From: the human T2T-CHM13v2.0 reference genome, Homo sapiens
Length of the DNA stretch: 64,000 nucleotides
Reading direction: 5' to 3' (one strand)
NCBI RefSeq assembly: GCF_009914755.1
Contig: NC_060942.1
The notes under the pieces were generated by a model. The model ran no database searches and was not told the origin of the DNA. It was given only the letters and a program-made list of their open reading frames with translations. Positions 11,001 through 26,000 of this stretch are shown here, one piece after another; the stretch's first letter is position 1; each line of letters begins with the position of its first letter. The translations under genes and the position numbers were made by a program.

Positions 11001-14000
11001 TTCAGGCCTATTTTGGAAAGGGAAATATCTTCCCGTAACAACTATGCAGAAGCATTCTCAGAAACTTGTTTGTGATGTGTGCCCTCTACTGACAGAGTTG
11101 AACCTTTCTTTTCATAGAGCAGTTTTGAAACACTCTTTTTGTAGAATCTGCAAGAGGATATTTGCATAGCTTTGAGGATTTCGTGGGAAACGGGATTGTC
11201 TTCAGGTAAAATCTAGACAGAAGCATTCTCAGAAACTTCTTTGGGATGTTTGCATTCAAGTCACAGAGTAGAACATTCCCTTTGGTAGAGCAGGTTTGAA
11301 ACACTCTTTTTGTAGTATCTGGAAGTGGACATTTGGAGCGCTTTCAGGCCCATGTTGGAAAGGGAAATATCTTCCCGTAACAACTAGGCAGAAGCATTCT
11401 CAGAAACTTATTTGAGATGTGTGTACTCAACTAAGAGAATTGAACCACCGTTTTGAAGGAGCAGTTTTGAAACACTCTTTTTCTGGAATCTGCAAGAGTA
11501 TATTTGCCTAGCCTTGAGGATTTCGTTGGAAACGGGATTGTCTTCAGAGAAAATCTAGACAGAAGCATTCTCAGAAACTTCTTTGGGATGTTTGCATTCA
11601 AGTCACAGAGTAGAACATTCCCTTTGGTAGAGCAGGTTTGAAACACTCTTTTTGTAGTATCTGGAAGTGGACATTTGGAGCGCTTTCAGGCCTACGTTGG
11701 AAAAGGAAATATCTTCCCATAACAACTAGACAGAAGCATTCTCAGAAACTAGTTTCTGATGTGTGTCCTCAACTAACACAGTTGAACATTTCTTTAGACA
11801 GAACAGTTTTGAAACACTCTTTTTGTGGAATCTGCAAGTGGCTATTTGGCTAGATTTGAGGATTTCGTTGGAAACGGGATTACATATAAAAAGCAGTCAG
11901 CAGCATTCTCAGAAAGTTCTTTGTGATGATTGCATTCAAGTCACAGAATTGAACATTCCCTTTCACAGAGCAGGTTTGAAACACTCTTTTTGTAGTGTGT
12001 GTAAGTGGACATTTGGAGCACTTACCGGCCTAAGGTGAAAAAGGAAATATCTTCCCATAAAAACTAGACAGAAGCATTCTCAGAAACTTACTCGTGATGT
12101 GTGTCCTCAACTAAAGGAGTAGAACCTTTCTTTTCATAGAGAAGTTTTGAAACGCTCTTTTTGTGGAATCTGCAAGTGGATATTTGGCTAGTTTTGAGGA
12201 TTTCGTTGGAAGCGGGAATTCATACAAATTGCAGACTGCAGCGTTCTGAGAAACATCTTTGTGATGTTTGTATTCAGGACACAGAGTTGAACATTCCCTA
12301 TCATAGAGCAGGTTTGAATCACTCCTTTTGTAGTATCTGGAAGTGGACATTTGGAGCGCTTTCAGGCCTATGTTGGAAAAGGAAATATCTTCCCATAACA
12401 ACTAGACAGAAGCATTCTCAGAAACTTATTTGAGATGTGTGTACTCAACTAAGAGAATTGAACCACCGTTTTGAAGGAGCAGTTTTGAAACTCTCTTTTT
12501 CTGGAATCTGCAAGTGGATATTTGGCTAGCTTTGGGGATTTCGCTGGAAGCGGGAATACATATAAAAAGCACACAGCAGCGTTCTGAGAAACTGCTTTCT
12601 GATGTTTGCATTCAAGTCAAAAGTTGAACACTCCCTTTCATAGAGCAGTCTTGAAACACCCCTTTTGTAGTATCTGGAACTGGACTTTTGGAGCGATTTC
12701 AGGGCTAAGGTGAAAAAGGAAATATCTTCCCATAAAAACTGGACAGAAGCATTCTCAGAAACTTGTTTATGCTGTATCTACTCAACTAACAAAGTTGAAC
12801 CTTTCTTTTGATAGAGCAGTTTTGAAATGGTCTTTTTGTGGAATCTGCAAGTGGATATTTGGCTAGTTTTGAGGATTTCGTTGGAAGCGGGAATTCATAC
12901 AAATTGCAGACTGCAGCGTTCTGAGAAACATCTTTGTGATGTTTGTATTCAGGACACAGAGTTGAACATTCCCTATCATAGAGCAGGTTGGAATCACTCC
13001 TTTTGTAGTATCTGGAAGTGGACATTTGGAGCGCTTTCAGGCCTATTTTGGAAAGGGAAATATCTTCCCGTAACAACTATGCAGAAGCATTCTCAGAAAC
13101 TTGTTTGTGATGTGTGCCCTCTACTGACAGAGTTGAACCTTTCTTTTCATAGAGCAGTTTTGAAACACTCTTTTTGTAGAATCTGCAAGAGGATATTTGC
13201 ATAGCTTTGAGGATTTCGTGGGAAACGGGATTGTCTTCAGGTAAAATCTAGACAGAAGCATTCTCAGAAACTTCTTTGGGATGTTTGCATTCAAGTCACA
13301 GAGTAGAACATTCCCTTTGGTAGAGCAGGTTTGAAACACTCTTTTTGTAGTATCTGGAAGTGGACATTTGGAGCGCTTTCAGGCCCATGTTGGAAAGGGA
13401 AATATCTTCCCGTAACAACTAGGCAGAAGCATTCTCAGAAACTTATTTGAGATGTGTGTACTCAACTAAGAGAATTGAACCACCGTTTTGAAGGAGCAGT
13501 TTTGAAACACTCTTTTTCTGGAATCTGCAAGAGTATATTTGCCTAGCCATGAGGATTTCGTTGGAAACGGGATTGTCTTCAGAGAAAATCTAGACAGAAG
13601 CATTCTCAGAAACTTCTTTGGGATGTTTGCATTCAAGTCACAGAGTAGAACATTCCCTTTGGTAGAGCAGGTTTGAAACACTCTTTTTGTAGTATCTGGA
13701 AGTGGACATTTGGAGCGCTTTCAGGCCTACGTTGGAAAAGGAAATATCTTCCCATAACAACTAGACAGAAGCATTCTCAGAAACTAGTTTCTGATGTGTG
13801 TCCTCAACTAACACAGTTGAACATTTCTTTAGACAGAACAGTTTTGAAACACTCTTTTTGTGGAATCTGCAAGTGGCTATTTGGCTAGATTTGAGGATTT
13901 CGTTGGAAACGGGATTACATATAAAAAGCCGTCAGCAGCATTCTCAGAAAGTTCTTTGTGATGATTGCATTCAAGTCACAGAATTGAACATTCCGTTTCA

Positions 14001-17000
14001 CAGAGCAGGTTTGAAACACTCTTTTTGTAGTGTGTGTAAGTGGACATTTGGAGCACTTACCGGCCTAAGGTGAAAAAGGAAATATCTTCCCATAAAAACT
14101 AGACAGAAGCATTCTCAGAAACTTACTCGTGATGTGTGTCCTCAACTAAAGGAGTAGAACCTTTCTTTTCATAGAGAAGTTTTGAAACGCTCTTTTTGTG
14201 GAATCTGCAAGTGGATATTTGGCTAGTTTTGAGGATTTCGTTGGAAGCGGGAATTCATACAAATTGCAGACTGCAGCGTTCTGAGAAACATCTTTGTGAT
14301 GTTTGTATTCAGGACACAGAGTTGAACATTCCCTATCATAGAGCAGGTTTGAATCACTCCTTTTGTAGTATCTGGAAGTGGACATTTGGAGCGCTTTCAG
14401 GCCTATGTTGGAAAAGGAAATATCTTCCCATAACAACTAGACAGAAGCATTCTCAGAAACTTATTTGAGATGTGTGTACTCAACTAAGAGAATTGAACCA
14501 CCGTTTTGAAGGAGCAGTTTTGAAACTCTCTTTTTCTGGAATCTGCAAGTGGATATTTGGCTAGCTTTGGGGATTTCGCTGGAAGCGGGAATACATATAA
14601 AAAGCACACAGCAGCGTTCTGAGAAACTGCTTTCTGATGTTTGCATTCAAGTCAAAAGTTGAACACTCCCTTTCATAGAGCAGTCTTGAAACACCCCTTT
14701 TGTAGTATCTGGAACTGGACTTTTGGAGCGATTTCAGGGCTAAGGTGAAAAAGGAAATATCTTCCCATAAAAACTGGACAGAAGCATTCTCAGAAACTTG
14801 TTTATGCTGTATCTACTCAACTAACAAAGTTGAACCTTTCTTTTGATAGAGCAGTTTTGAAATGGTCTTTTTGTGGAATCTGCAAGTGGATATTTGGCTA
14901 GTTTTGAGGATTTCGTTGGAAGCGGGAATTCATACAAATTGCAGACTGCAGCGTTCTGAGAAACATCTTTGTGATGTTTGTATTCAGGACACAGAGTTGA
15001 ACATTCCCTATCATAGAGCAGGTTGGAATCACTCCTTTTGTAGTATCTGGAAGTGGACATTTGGAGCGCTTTCAGGCCTATTTTGGAAAGGGAAATATCT
15101 TCCCGTAACAACTATGCAGAAGCATTCTCAGAAACTAGTTTGTGATGTGTGCCCTCTACTGACAGAGTTGAACCTTTCTTTTCATAGAGCAGTTTTGAAA
15201 CACTCTTTTTGTAGAATCTGCAAGAGGATATTTGCATAGCTTTGAGGATTTCGTGGGAAACGGGATTGTCTTCAGGTAAAATCTAGACAGAAGCATTCTC
15301 AGAAACTTCTTTGGGATGTTTGCATTCAAGTCACAGAGTAGAACATTCCCTTTGGTAGAGCAGGTTTGAAACACTCTTTTTGTAGTATCTGGAAGTGGAC
15401 ATTTGGAGCGCTTTCAGGCCCATGTTGGAAAAGGAAATATCTTCCAGTAACAACTAGGCAGAAGCATTCTCAGAAACTTATTTGAGATGTGTGTACTCAA
15501 CTAAGAGAATTGAACCACCGTTTTGAAGGAGCAGTTTTGAAACACTCTTTTTCTGGAATCTGCAAGAGTATATTTGCCTAGCCTTGAGGATTTCGTTGGA
15601 AACGGGATTGTCTTCAGAGAAAATCTAGACAGAAGCATTCTCAGAAACTTCTTTGGGATGTTTGCATTCAAGTCACAGAGTAGAACATTCCCTTTGGTAG
15701 AGCAGGTTTGAAACACTCTTTTTGTAGTATCTGGAAGTGGACATTTGGAGCGCTTTCAGGCCTACGTTGGAAAAGGAAATATCTTCCCATAACAACTAGA
15801 CAGAAGCATTCTCAGAAACTAGTTTCTGATGTGTGTCCTCAACTAACACAGTTGAACATTTCTTTAGACAGAACAGTTTTGAAACACTCTTTTTGTGGAA
15901 TCTGCAAGTGGCTATTTGGCTAGATTTGAGGATTTCGTTGGAAACGGGATTACATATAAAAAGCAGTCAGCAGCATTCTCAGAAAGTTCTTTGTGATGAT
16001 TGCATTCAAGTCACAGAATTGAACATTCCCTTTCACAGAGCAGGTTTGAAACACTCTTTTTGTAGTGTGTGTAAGTGGACATTTGGAGCACTTACCGGCC
16101 TAAGGTGAAAAAGGAAATATCTTCCCATAAAAACTAGACAGAAGCATTCTCAGAAACTTACTCGTGATGTGTGTCCTCAACTAAAGGAGTAGAACCTTTC
16201 TTTTCATAGAGAAGTTTTGAAACGCTCTTTTTGTGGAATCTGCAAGTGGATATTTGGCTAGTTTTGAGGATTTCGTTGGAAGCGGGAATTCATACAAATT
16301 GCAGACTGCAGCGTTCTGAGAAACATCTTTGTGATGTTTGTATTCAGGACACAGAGTTGAACATTCCCTATCATAGAGCAGGTTTGAATCACTCCTTTTG
16401 TAGTATCTGGAAGTGGACATTTGGAGCGCTTTCAGGCCTATGTTGGAAAAGGAAATATCTTCCCATAACAACTAGACAGAAGCATTCTCAGAAACTTATT
16501 TGAGATGTGTGTACTCAACTAAGAGAATTGAACCACCGTTTTGAAGGAGCAGTTTTGAAACTCTCTTTTTCTGGAATCTGCAAGTGGATATTTGGCTAGC
16601 TTTGGGGATTTCGCTGGAAGCGGGAATACATATAAAAAGCACACAGCAGCGTTCTGAGAAACTGCTTTCTGATGTTTGCATTCAAGTCAAAAGTTGAACA
16701 CTCCCTTTCATAGAGCAGTCTTGAAACACCCCTTTTGTAGTATCTGGAACTGGACTTTTGGAGCGATTTCAGGGCTAAGGTGAAAAAGGAAATATCTTCC
16801 CATAAAAACTGGACAGAAGCATTCTCAGAAACTTGTTTATGCTGTATCTACTCAACTAACAAAGGTGAACCTTTCTTTTGATAGAGCAGTTTTGAAATGG
16901 TCTTTTTGTGGAATCTGCAAGTGGATATTTGGCTAGTTTTGAGGATTTCGTTGGAAGCGGGAATTCATACAAATTGCAGACTGCAGCGTTCTGAGAAACA

Positions 17001-20000
17001 TCTTTGTGATGTTTGTATTCAGGACACAGAGTTGAACATTCCCTATCATAGAGCAGGTTGGAATCACTCCTTTTGTAGTATCTGGAAGTGGACATTTGGA
17101 GCGCTTTCAGGCCTATTTTGGAAAGGGAAATATCTTCCCGTAACAACTATGCAGAAGCATTCTCAGAAACTTGTTTGTGATGTGTGCCCTCTACTGACAG
17201 AGTTGAACCTTTCTTTTCATAGAGCAGTTTTGAAACACTCTTTTTGTAGAATCTGCAAGAGGATATTTGCATAGCTTTGAGGATTTCATGGGAAACGGGA
17301 TTGTCTTCAGGTAAAATCTAGACAGAAGCATTCTCAGAAACTTCTTTGGGATGTTTGCATTCAAGTCACAGAGTAGAACATTCCCTTTGGTAGAGCAGGT
17401 TTGAAACACTCTTTTTGTAGTATCTGGAAGTGGACATTTGGAGCGCTTTCAGGCCCATGTTGGAAAGGGAAATATCTTCCCGTAACAACTAGGCAGAAGC
17501 ATTCTCAGAAACTTATTTGAGATGTGTGTACTCAACTAAGAGAATTGAACCACCGTTTTGAAGGAGCAGTTTTGAAACACTCTTTTTCTGGAATCTGCAA
17601 GAGTATATTTGCCTAGCCTTGAGGATTTCGTTGGAAACGGGATTGTCTTCAGAGAAAATCTAGACAGAAGCATTCTCAGAAACTTCTTTGGGATGTTTGC
17701 ATTCAAGTCACAGAGTAGAACATTCCCTTTGGTAGAGCAGGTTTGAAACACTCTTTTTGTAGTATCTGGAAGTGGACATTTGGAGCGCTTTCAGGCCTAC
17801 GTTGGAAAAGGAAATATCTTCCCATAACAACTAGACAGAAGCATTCTCAGAAACTAGTTTCTGATGTGTGTCCTCAACTAACACAGTTGAACATTTCTTT
17901 AGACAGAACAGTTTTGAAACACTCTTTTTGTGGAATCTGCAAGTGGCTATTTGGCTAGATTTGAGGATTTCGTTGGAAACGGGATTACATATAAAAAGCA
18001 GTCAGCAGCATTCTCAGAAAGTTCTTTGTGATGATTGCATTCAAGTCACAGAATTGAACATTCCCTTTCACAGAGCAGGTTTGAAACACTCTTTTTGTAG
18101 TGTGTGTAAGTGGACATTTGGAGCACTTACCGGCCTAAGGTGAAAAAGGAAATATCTTCCCATAAAAACTAGACAGAAGCATTCTCAGAAACTTACTCGT
18201 GATATGTGTCCTCAACTAAAGGAGTAGAACCTTTCTTTTCATAGAGAAGTTTTGAAACGCTCTTTTTGTGGAATCTGCAGGTGGATATTTGGCTAGTTTT
18301 GAGGATTTCGTTGGAAGCGGGAATTCATACAAATTGCAGACTGCAGCGTTCTGAGAAACATCTTTGTGATGTTTGTATTCAGGACACAGAGTTGAACATT
18401 CCCTATCATAGAGCAGGTTGGAATCACTCCTTTTGTAGTATCTGGAAGTGGACATTTGGAGCGCTTTCAGGCCTATGTTGGAAAAGGAAATATCTTCCCA
18501 TAACAACTAGACAGAAGCATTCTCAGAAACTTATTTGAGATGTGTGTACTCAACTAAGAGAATTGAACCACCGTTTTGAAGGAGCAGTTTTGAAACTCTC
18601 TTTTTCTGGAATCTGCAAGTGGATATTTGGCTAGCTTTGGGGATTTCGCTGGAAGCGGGAATACATATAAAAAGCACACAGCAGCGTTCTGAGAAACTGC
18701 TTTCTGATGTTTGCATTCAAGTCAAAAGTTGAACACTCCCTTTCATAGAGCAGTCTTGAAACACCCCTTTTGTAGTATCTGGAACTGGACTTTTGGAGCG
18801 ATTTCAGGGCTAAGGTGAAAAAGGAAATATCTTCCCATAAAAACTGGACAGAAGCATTCTCAGAAACTTGTTTATGCTGTATCTACTCAACTAACAAAGT
18901 TGAACCTTTCTTTTGATAGAGCAGTTTTGAAATGGTCTTTTTGTGGAATCTGCAAGTGGATATTTGGCTAGTTTTGAGGATTTCGTTGGAAGCGGGAATT
19001 CATACAAATTGCAGACTGCAGCGTTCTGAGAAACATCTTTGTGATGTTTGTATTCAGGACACAGAGTTGAACATTCCCTATCATAGAGCAGGTTGGAATC
19101 ACTCCTTTTGTAGTATCTGGAAGTGGACATTTGGAGCGCTTTCAGGCCTATTTTGGAAAGGGAAATATCTTCCCGTAACAACTATGCAGAAGCATTCTCA
19201 GAAACTTGTTTGTGATGTGTGCCCTCTACTGACAGAGTTGAACCTTTCTTTTCATAGAGCAGTTTTGAAACACTCTTTTTGTAGAATCTGCAAGAGGATA
19301 TTTGCATAGCTTTGAGGATTTCGTGGGAAACGGGATTGTCTTCAGGTAAAATCTAGACAGAAGCATTCTCAGAAACTTCTTTGGGATGTTTGCATTCAAG
19401 TCACAGAGTAGAACATTCCCTTTGGTAGAGCAGGTTTGAAACACTCTTTTTGTAGTATCTGGAAGTGGACATTTGGAGCGCTTTCAGGCCCATGTTGGAA
19501 AGGGAAATATCTTCCCGTAACAACTAGGCAGAAGCATTCTCAGAAACTTATTTGAGATGTGTGTACTCAACTAAGAGAATTGAACCACCGTTTTGAAGGA
19601 GCAGTTTTGAAACACTCTTTTTCTGGAATCTGCAAGAGTATATTTGCCTAGCCTTGAGGATTTCGTTGGAAACGGGATTGTCTTCAGAGAAAATCTAGAC
19701 AGAAGCATTCTCAGAAACTTCTTTGGGATGTTTGCATTCAAGTCACAGAGTAGAACATTCCCTTTGGTAGAGCAGGTTTGAAACACTCTTTTTTTAGTAT
19801 ATGGAAGTGGACATTTGGAGCGCTTTCAGGCCTACGTTGGAAAAGGAAATATCTTCCCATAACAACTAGACAGAAGCATTCTCAGAAACTAGTTTCTGAT
19901 GTGTGTCCTCAACTAACACAGTTGAACATTTCTTTAGACAGAACAGTTTTGAAACACTCTTTTTGTGGAATCTGCAAGTGGCTATTTGGCTAGATTTGAG

Positions 20001-23000
20001 GATTTCGTTGGAAACGGGATTACATATAAAAAGCAGTCAGCAGCATTCTCAGAAAGTTCTTTGTGATGATTGCATTCAAGTCACAGAATTGAACATTCCC
20101 TTTCACAGAGCAGGTTTGAAACACTCTTTTTGTAGTGTGTGTAAGTGGACATTTGGAGCACTTACCGGCCTAAGGTGAAAAAGGAAATATCTTCCCATAA
20201 AAACTAGACAGAAGCATTCTCAGAAACTTACTCGTGATGTGTGTCCTCAACTAAAGGAGTAGAACCTTTCTTTTCATAGAGAAGTTTTGAAACGCTCTTT
20301 TTGTGGAATCTGCAAGTGGATATTTGGCTAGTTTTGAGGATTTCGTTGGAAGCGGGAATTCATACAAATTGCAGACTGCAGCGTTCTGAGAAACATCTTT
20401 GTGATGTTTGTATTCAGGACACAGAGTTGAACATTCCCTATCATAGAGCAGGTTGGAATCACTCCTTTTGTAGTATCTGGAAGTGGACATTTGGAGCGCT
20501 TTCAGGCCTATGTTGGAAAAGGAAATATCTTCCCATAACAACTAGACAGAAGCATTCTCAGAAACTTATTTGAGATGTGTGTACTCAACTAAGAGAATTG
20601 AACCACCGTTTTGAAGGAGCAGTTTTGAAACTCTCTTTTTCTGGAATCTGCAAGTGGATATTTGGCTAGCTTTGGGGATTTCGCTGGAAGCGGGAATACA
20701 TATAAAAAGCACACAGCAGCGTTCTGAGAAACTGCTTTCTGATGTTTGCATTCAAGTCAAAAGTTGAACACTCCCTTTCATAGAGCAGTCTTGAAACACC
20801 CCTTTTGTAGTATCTGGAACTGGACTTTTGGAGCGATTTCAGGGCTAAGGTGAAAAAGGAAATATCTTCCCATAAAAACTGGACAGAAGCATTCTCAGAA
20901 ACTTGTTTATGCTGTATCTACTCAACTAACAAAGTTGAACCTTTCTTTTGATAGAGCAGTTTTGAAATGGTCTTTTTGTGGAATCTGCAAGTGGATATTT
21001 GGCTAGTTTTGAGGATTTCGTTGGAAGCGGGAATTCATACAAATTGCAGACTGCAGCGTTCTGAGAAACATCTTTGTGATGTTTGTATTCAGGACACAGA
21101 GTTGAACATTCCCTATCATAGAGCAGGTTGGAATCACTCCTTTTGTAGTATCTGGAAGTGGACATTTGGAGCGCTTTCAGGCCTATTTTGGAAAGGGAAA
21201 TATCTTCCCGTAACAACTATGCAGAAGCATTCTCAGAAACTTGTTTGTGATGTGTGCCCTCTACTGACAGAGTTGAACCTTTCTTTTCATAGAGCAGTTT
21301 TGAAACACTCTTTTTGTAGAATCTGCAAGAGGATATTTGCATAGCTTTGAGGATTTCGTGGGAAACGGGATTGTCTTCAGGTAAAATCTAGACAGAAGCA
21401 TTCTCAGAAACTTCTTTGGGATGTTTGCATTCAAGTCACAGAGTAGAACATTCCCTTTGGTAGAGCAGGTTTGAAACACTCTTTTTGTAGTATCTGGAAG
21501 TGGACATTTGGAGCGCTTTCAGGCCCATGTTGGAAAGGGAAATATCTTCCCGTAACAACTAGGCAGAAGCATTCTCAGAAACTTATTTGAGATGTGTGTA
21601 CTCAACTAAGAGAATTGAACCACCGTTTTGAAGGAGCAGTTTTGAAACACTCTTTTTCTGGAATCTGCAAGAGTATATTTGCCTAGCCTTGAGGATTTCG
21701 TTGGAAACGGGATTGTCTTCAGAGAAAATCTAGACAGAAGCATTCTCAGAAACTTCTTTGGGATGTTTGCATTCAAGTCACAGAGTAGAACATTCCCTTT
21801 GGTAGAGCAGGTTTGAAACACTCTTTTTGTAGTATCTGGAAGTGGACATTTGGAGCGCTTTCAGGCCTACGTTGGAAAAGGAAATATCTTCCCATAACAA
21901 CTAGACAGAAGCATTCTCAGAAACTAGTTTCTGATGTGTGTCCTCAACTAACACAGTTGAACATTTCTTTAGACAGAACAGTTTTGAAACACTCTTTTTG
22001 TGGAATCTGCAAGTGGCTATTTGGCTAGATTTGAGGATTTCGTTGGAAACGGGATTACATATAAAAAGCAGTCAGCAGCATTCTCAGAAAGTTCTTTGTG
22101 ATGATGGCATTCAAGTCACAGAATTGAACATTCCCTTTCACAGAGCAGGTTTGAAACACTCTTTTTGTAGTGTGTGTAAGTGGACATTTGGAGCACTTAC
22201 CGGCCTAAGGTGAAAAAGGAAATATCTTCCCATAAAAACTAGACAGAAGCATTCTCAGAAACTTACTCGTGATGTGTGTCCTCAACTAAAGGAGTAGAAC
22301 CTTTCTTTTCATAGAGAAGTTTTGAAACGCTCTTTTTGTGGAATCTGCAAGTGGATATTTGGCTAGTTTTGAGGATTTCGTTGGAAGCGGGAATTCATAC
22401 AAATTGCAGACTGCAGCGTTCTGAGAAACATCTTTGTGATGTTTGTATTCAGGACACAGAGTTGAACATTCCCTATCATAGAGCAGGTTTGAATCACTCC
22501 TTTTGTAGTATCTGGAAGTGGACATTTGGAGCGCTTTCAGGCCTATGTTGGAAAAGGAAATATCTTCCCATAACAACTAGACAGAAGCATTCTCAGAAAC
22601 TTATTTGAGATGTGTGTACTCAACTAAGAGAATTGAACCACCGTTTTGAAGGAGCAGTTTTGAAACTCTCTTTTTCTGGAATCTGCAAGTGGATATTTGG
22701 CTAGCTTTGGGGATTTCGCTGGAAGCGGGAATACATATAAAAAGCACACAGCAGCGTTCTGAGAAACTGCTTTCTGATGTTTGCATTCAAGTCAAAAGTT
22801 GAACACTCCCTTTCATAGAGCAGTCTTGAAACACCCCTTTTGTAGTATCTGGAACTGGACTTTTGGAGCGATTTCAGGGCTAAGGTGAAAAAGGAAATAT
22901 CTTCCCATAAAAACTGGACAGAAGCATTCTCAGAAACTTGTTTATGCTGTATCTACTCAACTAACAAAGTTGAACCTTTCTTTTGATAGAGCAGTTTTGA

Positions 23001-26000
23001 AATGGTCTTTTTGTGGAATCTGCAAGTGGATATTTGGCTAGTTTTGAGGATTTCGTTGGAAGCGGGAATTCATACAAATTGCAGACTGCAGCGTTCTGAG
23101 AAACATCTTTGTGATGTTTGTATTCAGGACACAGAGTTGAACATTCCCTATCATAGAGCAGGTTGGAATCACTCCTTTTGTAGTATCTGGAAGTGGACAT
23201 TTGGAGCGCTTTCAGGCCTATTTTGGAAAGGGAAATATCTTCCCGTAACAACTATGCAGAAGCATTCTCAGAAACTTGTTTGTGATGTGTGCCCTCTACT
23301 GACAGAGTTGAACCTTTCTTTTCATAGAGCAGTTTTGAAACACTCTTTTTGTAGAATCTGCAAGAGGATATTTGCATAGCTTTGAGGATTTCGTGGGAAA
23401 CGGGATTGTCTTCAGGTAAAATCTAGACAGAAGCATTCTCAGAAACTTCTTTGGGATGTTTGCATTCAAGTCACAGAGTAGAACATTCCCTTTGGTAGAG
23501 CAGGTTTGAAACACTCTTTTTGTAGTATCTGGAAGTGGACATTTGGAGCGCTTTCAGGCCCATGTTGGAAAGGGAAATATCTTCCCGTAACAACTAGGCA
23601 GAAGCATTCTCAGAAACTTATTTGAGATGTGTGTACTCAACTAAGAGAATTGAACCACCGTTTTGAAGGAGCAGTTTTGAAACACTCTTTTTCTGGAATC
23701 TGCAAGAGTATATTTGCCTAGCCTTGAGGATTTCGTTGGAAACGGGATTGTCTTCAGAGAAAATCTAGACAGAAGCATTCTCAGAAACTTCTTTGGGATG
23801 TTTGCATTCAAGTCACAGAGTAGAACATTCCCTTTGGTAGAGCAGGTTTGAAACACTCTTTTTGTAGTATCTGGAAGTGGACATTTGGAGCGCTTTCAGG
23901 CCTACGTTGGAAAAGGAAATATCTTCCCATAACAACTAGACAGAAGCATTCTCAGAAACTAGTTTCTGATGTGTGTCCTCAACTAACACAGTTGAACATT
24001 TCTTTAGACAGAACAGTTTTGAAACACTCTTTTTGTGGAATCTGCAAGTGGCTATTTGGCTAGATTTGAGGATTTCGTTGGAAACGGGATTACATATAAA
24101 AAGCAGTCAGCAGCATTCTCAGAAAGTTCTTTGTGATGATTGCATTCAAGTCACAGAATTGAACATTCCCTTTCACAGAGCAGGTTTGAAACACTCTTTT
24201 TGTAGTGTGTGTAAGTGGACATTTGGAGCACTTACCGGCCTAAGGTGAAAAAGGAAATATCTTCCCATAAAAACTAGACAGAAGCATTCTCAGAAACTTA
24301 CTCGTGATGTGTGTCCTCAACTAAAGGAGTAGAACCTTTCTTTTCATAGAGAAGTTTTGAAACGCTCTTTTTGTGGAATCTGCAAGTGGATATTTGGCTA
24401 GTTTTGAGGATTTCGTTGGAAGCGGGAATTCATACAAATTGCAGACTGCAGCGTTCTGAGAAACATCTTTGTGATGTTTGTATTCAGGACACAGAGTTGA
24501 ACATTCCCTATCATAGAGCAGGTTTGAATCACTCCTTTTGTAGTATCTGGAAGTGGACATTTGGAGCGCTTTCAGGCCTATGTTGGAAAAGGAAATATCT
24601 TCCCATAACAACTAGACAGAAGCATTCTCAGAAACTTATTTGAGATGTGTGTACTCAACTAAGAGAATTGAACCACCGTTTTGAAGGAGCAGTTTTGAAA
24701 CTCTCTTTTTCTGGAATCTGCAAGTGGATATTTGGCTAGCTTTGGGGATTTCGCTGGAAGCGGGAATACATATAAAAAGCACACAGCAGCGTTCTGAGAA
24801 ACTGCTTTCTGATGTTTGCATTCAAGTCAAAAGTTGAACACTCCCTTTCATAGAGCAGTCTTGAAACACCCCTTTTGTAGTATCTGGAACTGGACTTTTG
24901 GAGCGATTTCAGGGCTAAGGTGAAAAAGGAAATATCTTCCCATAAAAACTGGACAGAAGCATTCTCAGAAACTTGTTTATGCTGTATCTACTCAACTAAC
25001 AAAGTTGAACCTTTCTTTTGATAGAGCAGTTTTGAAATGGTCTTTTTGTGGAATCTGCAAGTGGATATTTGGCTAGTTTTGAGGATTTCGTTGGAAGCGG
25101 GAATTCATACAAATTGCAGACTGCAGCGTTCTGAGAAACATCTTTGTGATGTTTGTATTCAGGACACAGAGTTGAACATTCCCTATCATAGAGCAGGTTG
25201 GAATCACTCCTTTTGTAGTATCTGGAAGTGGACATTTGGAGCGCTTTCAGGCCTATTTTGGAAAGGGAAATATCTTCCCGTAACAACTATGCAGAAGCAT
25301 TCTCAGAAACTTGTTTGTGATGTGTGCCCTCTACTGACAGAGTTGAACCTTTCTTTTCATAGAGCAGTTTTGAAACACTCTTTTTGTAGAATCTGCAAGA
25401 GGATATTTGCATAGCTTTGAGGATTTCGTGGGAAACGGGATTGTCTTCAGGTAAAATCTAGACAGAAGCATTCTCAGAAACTTCTTTGGGATGTTTGCAT
25501 TCAAGTCACAGAGTAGAACATTCCCTTTGGTAGAGCAGGTTTGAAACACTCTTTTTGTAGTATCTGGAAGTGGACATTTGGAGCGCTTTCAGGCCCATGT
25601 TGGAAAGGGAAATATCTTCCCGTAACAACTAGGCAGAAGCATTCTCAGAAACTTATTTGAGATGTGTGTACTCAACTAAGAGAATTGAACCACCGTTTTG
25701 AAGGAGCAGTTTTGAAACACTCTTTTTCTGGAATCTGCAAGAGTATATTTGCCTAGCCATGAGGATTTCGTTGGAAACGGGATTGTCTTCAGAGAAAATC
25801 TAGACAGAAGCATTCTCAGAAACTTCTTTGGGATGTTTGCATTCAAGTCACAGAGTAGAACATTCCCTTTGGTAGAGCAGGTTTGAAACACTCTTTTTTT
25901 AGTATCTGGAAGTGGACATTTGGAGCGCTTTCAGGCCTACGTTGGAAAAGGAAATATCTTCCCATAACAACTAGACAGAAGCATTCTCAGAAACTAGTTT